The notes beneath the pieces are model-generated. The model did no database searches, had not been told where the DNA came from, and saw only the letters and a program-made list of their open reading frames with translations. The position numbers were made by a program, and so were the translations under genes. DNA of 62,832 nt, filler included, from Choristocarpus tenellus KU-1152 (Eukaryota > Protista > Phaeophyceae), in assembly GCA_964200185.2 (NCBI GenBank). It is 8 parts of 8 records of this genome, joined end to end, with 100 filler letters (N's around TTAATTAATTAA, not from the genome) between each part and the next. Parts side by side here need not be neighbours in the genome. Positions count along the whole stretch, not along the records: positions 35,282 to 55,500 come from CAXNAD020000411.1; positions 55,601 to 59,765 come from CAXNAD020015888.1; positions 59,866 to 62,832 come from CAXNAD020023302.1; 5 more parts are not named here. One strand, written 5' to 3'. Shown here one piece after another: positions 55,350-62,832 of the stretch (position 1 is its first letter; every line of letters starts with the position of its first letter).

Positions 55350-55500
55350 TATTATTCGAGTCAGCAGATGATCCCTAGGGAGGGAGGAGGCCCTATCAAA
55401 AAGGTGCCCAGTGGCAGGGTGCAGGAGGCAAAATGTCGATACCAGACATGCCCGCACCTGCCCCAGGGCAGGGGGACAGGTACGACAACACACCCCTATG
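55350..55500 (+). mobile_element. Non-LTR retrotransposon remnant (Cys/His knuckle downstream of RT; RLE/CRE-type)
   Basis: A frame not in the ORF track reads R*SLGREEALSKRCPVAGCRRQNVDTRHARTCPRAGGQVRQHTPM (C-x4-C-x8-H-x3-C-x3-G-x4-H). It has an in-frame stop and is cut by the contig end. Confidence 0.55.
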
Positions 55501-56119
55501 NNNNNNNNNNNNNNNNNNNNNNNNNNNNNNNNNNNNNNNNNNNNTTAATTAATTAANNNNNNNNNNNNNNNNNNNNNNNNNNNNNNNNNNNNNNNNNNNN
55601 TTTGGAAAACATTTACTAAGAATAAAAGAAAATTAATTAGTTGATTTTTTTTAGGTCCTTGAAAGCTATGGAATGAACCCTGCCCTGCCTCGCCCCACCC
55701 CACCCCACCCCACCCCACCCCCCGAGGCGGGCAGCTATGTTTTATAGCAGTGACGTTCCCATCAGGACATGTACCGGGGGAAGGATTGTTGATGGCCATA
55801 TTGATCATTGATGAAGTAGGAGGAGGGGGTTGAGCATGATAAGGAACCTGAGTGTGCTAATAGATTGGCCCCATAGTGAGTCTTCCCGTGTTTTGCAGTT
55901 CCTGTTTAGGGTTAGGGACTGTTTCGCTCACCTCTGTAACGCGGCCAAGTCTTGCATGGCATCCGATATTTTTTCTCGTCGTGAAGGGGTGCAATGTTAG
56001 GAAAAACACAACTTTGTTGAGTAACATCTCCAAAACCTTCCTAGCCCCCTCCGGGACACATGGCCTGCCTGTTTGCTCCAGCTGACAATGCTGACGCGGC
56101 GGAGCTAATCGATGACAAA

Positions 56120-56332
56120 ATTCTTTACAGCAGCTGTACCGGATTTCTCTAACAACTCTTGCAATTTCTTCCGAGTCCGTAGCAACGTGTAAGTTGCTCC
56201 CAAAAAAGTAACAAGAAGACGAAATAATGCATGTTTGATCGTTGCCTTATTTCCTGTTTTAGTAAGCGCCTTACTCGGAAGCCTGGTAGCACCGATCCTG
56301 GAAGGGATAATTACTGCCACATTGGAGTGCAT
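56120..56332 (-). pseudogene. kdsB: Frameshifted 5' fragment of bacterial CMP-KDO synthetase, Rickettsiaceae-like
   Basis: MHSNVAVIIPSRIGATRLPSKAL (the IIP-x-R-x-x-(S/A)TRLP-x-K CTP-binding motif), then after a frameshift NLHVATDSEEIARVV, then EKSG. Intronless and truncated after about 70 codons. Confidence 0.8.
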
Positions 56333-56626
56333 CGTTTTATATAATTTACATTAAAAAGAAACCCCGGTGAGTCTGTTGTAGGTCTGTACATAATTACACT
56401 GTATGTAGGGTCTGTTCGATGTGCGCAACCGTCCTGACTGCCACAGTGTTTTTTGTTCTTGTTTTTTCCTTCCAGCAATGGTATTTCTATGATGCAAGTT
56501 TGCCCACCCACAAGTACAACTGACACCGTAGCGTGATGTCGTGTTGGGTAAAAGAATGCACAAAGTTCGCTAACCTTAACTTGAGTTACCCAGCTGCTTT
56601 TTTTTTTCCTTTTTTTTTTCCAAAAG

Positions 56627-59537
56627 GTGGCCTCTGCGGAAGCGAACGCTGCCTCTCCTTCTGCTGTTGCTGTTTGCAGCATGGGCTGCAGTCCTGTCAG
56701 CGTCTCTCTCACTGGTGCTCTTGCCATTCCTCATGGGCCGGGCGCTGTTCACCGTGGTTCAATTACCCACAGAGTGGACTCATGACACCGCCACCTATCT
56801 GATTGGTCTTATTGTCATCAAGGTGTGGGGGGTGGGCGGTGGGGGGGGGGAGAGGGTTTATAGGGGACCACATAGGGACGTTTGTAAGGATGTGACAAAC
56901 AGTTATGGGTACTTGTAATTGTGCGCATTTTGTAACTGCGACGGCACCGCTCCAGAGTGTTCGTGTGCTGCTTCCTCTCACAATGCGTAGACCTCTATAC
57001 ACATCATCTTCTGCAACCTTTTATCACATCACGTACAGGTTGTACTCTTCCCTGCCCGTGCCGACCCATCAGCGCCTCCCCCTCTTTTTTCTTTTTTGTT
57101 GTTGCCTTTTGCATTGTTCTACCTCTTGCCGACACATCCCTAACCCTCTCACTTCTTGGCACGACCTTCAGACTGGACCTCGATTCTTGGGTCGTGCATG
57201 GGGCGGCATGCACATGGTAGCAATAAGAGCCAGGCGGGGTGTATTATCCTCTGCTCAAAGCTTACTCTCCAGTCACCGCTGGGCGAGGAATCCAGGGGCA
57301 ACTAGGGCAGAGGGAGCCACTCCACAGTCATCTTCAGGGCAAAGAGGCGACAACCAGGGAAGGGGGGGGGTGTCCCTGGCAGTTGTGTGGGGAGTTGCCT
57401 CGCTAGTGGCGTTTGTGATGCTCTGGTGTGTGGTTGCACCGCTTATTGTGGGTTTCCTGTTCCAGGCGGCGTTTGTGTTGCCACCTAATGCGTGGGATGA
57501 CCGAGGTCTTAGAGCGACAGATGTCTGGCGTTTTTACCCGACTGGGTTCATAGTTGTCAACTGCTGGGCCTGTGTGTGCTACATGGGTGTCCTGGGGAAG
57601 AGGGGAGAAGGTGACGAGGATGAGGGAATGGAAGGTGCTCGCAGAGGGAGAGGGGAGGGTGATGGGAACGGCGAGGAGCAGCTCACATTCTGGGGACATA
57701 GGATTGAGGTGAGGATTGGCTTTTTTTGCGGGGGGGGGGCGATGCTTGTTTGATTTGAAGCCTCTCTGGGGGACAAGAGGGGATGCATTGTGCTTTTTGT
57801 CTTTGGGAGCAAGGCAGTGATGGCATAGGTTGGAATATTTTTCGTCCATGGAGGTGTATGACAATGTATGTTAATAGTAGTGTGTAACACAAGAGGTATT
57901 TTTTGTGTAAAACTGAAAGAAGTGCTTGGTCTGTGGTTACAGACGGCTCTATAGTGTATGTGTGTGTGTTGTGTGTTTGATGTACTGTAGGGTTGGATGA
58001 CAACTCTTGTGGGTGGGGAAGTCTTGGCTGGAGGGAGGAACAAGGGCTTGCTCGTCACCCACAACTATTTGTTTGAATTTGCTACTAGAAATATACAGAC
58101 ATGGCCTTGATATTTTGGCTTTGGGTTCTCACAAAGGAAATTGGAACGATTCAGCACAGCAGGAAATGAGATCCTCCTCCTGTGTCTACTTACCCCCTGT
58201 TTTCTTGGTATCGTTTTTGTCTTGCATCTCACCTTAATCTATTATTTATACATTCTGTAGGTGGTAGTCTAGGGACAAGGTGTAGCATTGGTGGGGTATG
58301 GGGTATTGTTGTGAACAGACTTCACCTTCCCACTGTTGTGTTTTTGTAGTGTGCTGAGCTTGTACATTGTTTTCCTAGGCATCGATTATATTTAGAGAAC
58401 TTTCAGGCACATGGTATCGTGTTTTGGTGCACTAAGGAATCTGACATTCCTATCTCACCATCCCCCCATACCATCCCCCCATACCATCCCCCCATACCAT
58501 CTCCCTTGCTTTCCTTTCCTGCTCTCATCTGGGCTCTTTTGGCAATACCTATCTGCCTCCTGGGTGACATCAGGGTGCTCTTGTCCATGCTTACGCAGGA
58601 CTGTTTATGTGTGAGTGGGAAAAGGTAAGTGTGATGATACTGGCGCTGTCTGTGTTTCTACTTACATGTGTTGGGTGGGTTGTGTAGCAGTGCCAAGGGG
58701 GGGTGATGACAGAGGAGTGTGTGAGGAAGGGTTGGAGGGGGGGGATTGTCAGATTTTTGTTGATGGAAAATGCTTTGAGTACTTGCCATTTTTTGTGTGT
58801 TTGATGAAGACTGAAGACTTTACTTGCTAATGAAGTTGTTAAGAGCACTGCAATACTATATCTATGAATTGCGCAGGCGTTTGAATACTTTCTGTTGCCC
58901 ATTTTGTAGCAAGTGTGAAAGAGACAGAACTTCTTCATGGATGCTTGAGATGGAAAAATGACCCATCAGAGTGAGATTACGTACTGCTGGTAATTTCTGT
59001 TGTCTTACCTTACTTTGAACCTAGGCCTTTTAAGCAGAAAAACAGTTATTTCGCAATGTTCAGGGTAAAGACGGTGGGTTTTGTTTCTTCTTCTGTTCAA
59101 GTGAAAAAAAACATCCTTCTGAAGGTTAAATGACAGAGTCAGGACCTGTGCTCTGGGGAGCTGTGGAGTACATGTAGACAACATTTTTTTGTTTCAAAGT
59201 CAAATGTTCTTCTTGCTGGAACCCTGTGGTCCTCATCCATAGAACCCTACTAAATAGTGTACATACATGTATTGGTGACTGAATCCACGTTCCACCTGTA
59301 CCTCGCAAATGTGATCTCTTCAAAAAAAACTCTGAGAAAACGATCTTTCGCACTGTCTCTTTTTTAAATTGAACTCAACAGGTGTCGTTCCGTGTCCTGG
59401 TGTGGAATTGTGCAGTGGAAGTTGTTGTCCACCTGGCTTTGTTTGCGGTGGGTCCTATGGTATGGGCCAGGTGGATTGCCTCCCTGGATTTGCAGTCCAC
59501 ATTCTGGATGGCAGTGATGCCCTACCACAGCACACAG
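56627..59537 (+). CDS. Partial multi-pass membrane E3 ubiquitin ligase, MARCH6/Doa10/SUD1-like (C-terminal TM region)
   Basis: Exons 56627-56822 (LLLLFAAW...LLPFLMGRALF...HD...YLIG), 57172-57708 (WCVVAPLIVGFLFQAAFVLP...FWGHRIE) and 59382-59537. The order and pattern of TM segments resemble the MARCH6 C-terminal half. The RING-CH domain is not in the window. Confidence 0.62.
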
Positions 59538-59865
59538 GTGACCATAGATGTGCCCTGGTGGTATCCACAGCTTGGTAGATCACTGTTCCAAATGTCTTGT
59601 GTGTGGATGTATGTGGTGTCCCTCTGAGATTAAAGCTATGTAGCACATTGGAGGTTGCTGTTGTACAGAGCTTGCTTAAGGGGGCAGAGGTTACTGATGA
59701 GTGGGTAGATGCAACCCTCACCTGTTCTCCCCCCCCCCCCCCCCCCCCCCTCCCCTACTTCCCATNNNNNNNNNNNNNNNNNNNNNNNNNNNNNNNNNNN
59801 NNNNNNNNNTTAATTAATTAANNNNNNNNNNNNNNNNNNNNNNNNNNNNNNNNNNNNNNNNNNNN

Positions 59866-60766
59866 CATCTCCACGTCCAACTGGATGGCACGCGGGGGGA
59901 GGGGGAGGGGGAGGGGATGCATCTCTAAGACGTGAGAAAGTTGTAATGAAGTTGTTTGTTCCACTGAACTAATGTATCGAGATTCGTCTCGTAGCTCAAT
60001 AGATAGTGGGTAACCCTCTTGCCAACTTGCGCCTGAGTTCAAGCCTTGGTCGGAATATATTTTATTTGATGGAAGATCTATTTTGGTGGTCTTTAAGGTA
60101 AGCACCGCTTACCCCACACGGGTATGTAATTTGTTTCGATGGTCCAGAGGGTAGAAACTACAGATGGTAAACAGGTACAGAATCTGGTGGACACTTGTGA
60201 AATGTGGCGAACATGTCATGTACCTTCATCACGGAGTGATATTGCCAGGCAATCATGCACCAAACCTTTGAAGGTAGGAGAGGGAGCTGATGAGTTGTGA
60301 CAGGGACGAACCCAACGTATGAGAGGCAAGGCACACAGAAAGGTTGTACAACTATAGTCCAGGTTGAACTATGGCAATGACTTACACGTACATGTGTCTA
60401 TGATATACATACATACACATACATAGATTTACAACTAGTCCAGATGCAGTAATTGTGCCAGAGCCAGTTCAGGTTGTGCAACAGCAACGGGCTAGAGTTT
60501 TCCAAGACCAGCTAAGGCGTTCTGCAATACCGCCCGCACACACACGACCACTGATCATCATCATCATCCACCCACCTGGAAAAATCGCAGGGCCGTCTCA
60601 TGTTCCTTCTGCAGTGAGAAACAGTTACCCACCACGCACCATGTGTACGGGGATATGCGATCAAAATCGCTGACCTTCTGCGCCAGGTAGCAAAGCTCCA
60701 CCTTTCAAGCGCGGGATCGATTTCATTCGTTGTTGGCATTGATTGATCGCAATCAGGGAAGTAAGT

Positions 60767-60800
<34 letters not shown>

Positions 60801-62768
60801 GATGGAGTTGGAAGAACGACAACAATCATCACAGAAAACAAAAACGGTGTGATGTGGATTACTGAATGCACTCCGAACACTGTCAGAAGTACGCACGTAC
60901 ATTAGTGGTATACCCTGAAACGTCACACCGATCCATCGATCCACCGATCCCTCCAATATCTGGTCGAAGGAAATCTCAGATTCATCCTCAGAATCAGTGT
61001 GCTTCTGACTTTCCGGCTGTATTTACGCCCGTGATTGCCTACGGTGGTGGTTATATATACCACAAAAAATCAGCGTCTTTTCCTACATCACACACACAAC
61101 ACCAGGGTAACACCATTGCGGGCTTTGGGTGTCCCTATGTGTGTACCCTGGCATGAAGATCCACACCCACGCCAAACAAAAAGAATAGTTCTCACAAACG
61201 CAGGGGGTTTCCAGTGCCTTTATTAATAGAAGGCATTCCCCATTACCTTTGTCACATGAATTCTCCTCCGATGTTGAAATGCGCCTAGACTTTCACATTC
61301 AACTTACATACACCTAAGTAGGAACCACAACTACAAACACAAACACACACACACACACCGTCAACTGTGTGAGCAACACATAGCATAGCACTACAGTAGT
61401 CTGTACCCAAGCATACATCATTACATGGGAGTCAGTTAAATGAAAAAATGGGTGCTTGAAACACAACCCCCCCCCCCCCCCCCCCCCCCCAGCCTGAAAA
61501 AAAAAGGAAAAAAACAGGGGGGGGGGGGGGGGGGGAGGGGGGGGGGGGGGGGGGGGNNNNNNNNNNACAGGAAAGTAGGTAAAAAAAAAAAAGGGGGAGT
61601 TAAACCCCCCCCCCCCCCCCCCCCCCCAAGTACGTGCGTTAAGAAAGTGGAACGCAAAGGGGCGAGAGGGTGCGAGAAGGGGTTGCGTAGGCGAAGGGGT
61701 GTATTGCACTCACACCAGTACCCCATTTTTTTTTGTTTAGACAGCGTATACTAGGGCAGAACATTTTTTTTTTTTCTAAATACAATGGTGAAGTATTTTT
61801 TTCTACCACTTGGATGGCGGTTGTCTCGATCAGTTCAAAAAACAATACACACACACACACACACACACAGCAAAACTGCTGAACTCCAGTGGGGACACAC
61901 ACAGGAGTCAAGTTACAACCTCGAAGTACCCTTCTAATACTTGGGAGGCGTATTTGTGTATGTGCATCAGAGAGAGAGAGAGGAATCGGTTGTTGTTGAG
62001 ATGCACCCATTCAAGCACTACAGTAGCAAAGCCGTGTTACCTCTCGCTTGAGATGCCAGAGTGCAGTGGAGAGCAGCTCCAGCCCCTCCATGCGATGTGG
62101 GTCATATCGCTGCATGCTTTCCAGGGCCAGCTGCACCAATCCACAGCGTACATACAGAGAGTGAAGGTGGGGAACGACGGGGGCGGGTTTCATAGTTTGG
62201 AGGAAGGGGATAGGGTGGATGGAAGAGAGACTGGGAGGGAAGGAGACTCAAGGCTGTGTGTGTGTGTGTGTGTGTGCACATACGGTACTGTAAGCAGAAC
62301 CATAAATACAGCAGTTGGCACAATACCTCTCATCAGCTCAGAAAACACACACACACATACACACACACACATTTTTTTTCTTTTTCCAGTTACGGATGGG
62401 AAGTGTTGAAAATTCAACAGAAAACTGAAAAGGCGCTTGTTTTGCCCGCAAGAAGAACGCCCCTCTATCTCTCTCTTGGCACAGAGGAATGCGACCCGCA
62501 GTAGTTGCACAAGAAAAAGTATCGCCGAGATCGAGGGGGAAAGGGACAGACAGGTTTACTACCAGGGCTGACACCATAACCATAAAGAAGAAACAAAGCC
62601 CCAACACAATTGGCAAGCGCAATCGAGACAAATAACCCCCCCCCCCATCAATCTCTTCACCTTTGCGTTTGGGTAGTCTCCCCTCTCAAAGTGAGCTCGC
62701 CCGATCTGGTGCTGTACCCACCCTGTGCAGTACTGGCAGGGGGGCAGGCACTCAAAAGCCTTCACCGC
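59866..62768 (-). CDS. CDC27: Anaphase-promoting complex subunit 3 (TPR protein), internal exons
   Basis: Exons 62768-62661 (LPPCQYCTGWVQHQIGRAHFE), 62130-62041 (DPHRMEGLELLSTALWHLK), 60701-60576 (SPYTWCVVGNCFSLQKEHETALRFFQ) and 59892-59866 (RAIQLD, cut by the contig end). All phase 0, with hallmark CDC27 residues. Confidence 0.95.
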
Positions 62769-62832
62769 CTGATTGAATTTCGGTGATGGGAAGCATGTGG
62801 GGGTTATTTGTTGTAATCGGGGTCAGAGTATC

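Noticed and set aside
11637-59865. Recurring palindrome TTAATTAATTAA, and any gene cluster spanning it (for example linking M23 with kdsB)
   Set aside because: It is an artificial linker; genes on different contigs are not shown to be neighbours.
59892-59920. CG instead of AG at a CDC27 acceptor
   Set aside because: It sits next to a homopolymer tract near a contig end in an essential gene, so a base-call error is most likely.
60287-60320. Hammerhead-like CTGATGA...GAA motifs (also ~28590 and ~21550 on the minus strand)
   Set aside because: The core is incomplete (GAAC rather than GAAA, or CTGATGC) and stems I and III are missing.
61314-61754. Poly-Pro/poly-Gly ORFs
   Set aside because: These come from homopolymer runs around a 10-N gap (61557-61566) inside a CDC27 intron.

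Overview
Eukaryotic draft-assembly sequence, not prokaryotic. It consists of eight contigs (1-11636, 11737-22198, 22299-28469, 28570-31427, 31528-35181, 35282-55500, 55601-59765, 59866-62832) joined by an artificial 100-bp linker (N44-TTAATTAATTAA-N44), so adjacency across linkers carries no biological weight. Intron-rich genes, interstitial TTAGGG arrays and a retroelement motif point to a stramenopile, probably a brown alga (inference). Genes reconstructed by hand with phase-consistent splicing: (1) an intron-containing bacterial-type M23 metallopeptidase with a PA domain inserted before its last conserved segment; (2) a possible small secreted protein divergent from it; (3) C-terminal exons of a CHD6-9-like chromatin remodeller; (4) a 20-exon, about 1140-aa secreted Cys-rich repeat protein (GCC2/GCC3-like); (5) a DOT1-like class I methyltransferase with a large internal insertion, a GC-AG intron and an apparent TT donor; (6) part of a MARCH6/Doa10-like E3 ligase; (7) part of CDC27/APC3. 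Also present are a frameshifted Rickettsiaceae-like kdsB fragment, three MITE families sharing one terminal core, a Stowaway-like MITE, a non-LTR retrotransposon remnant, and tandem repeats. The best leads are the M23-PA fusion and the bacterial kdsB insertion. All family calls come from motif recognition; no database search was run.
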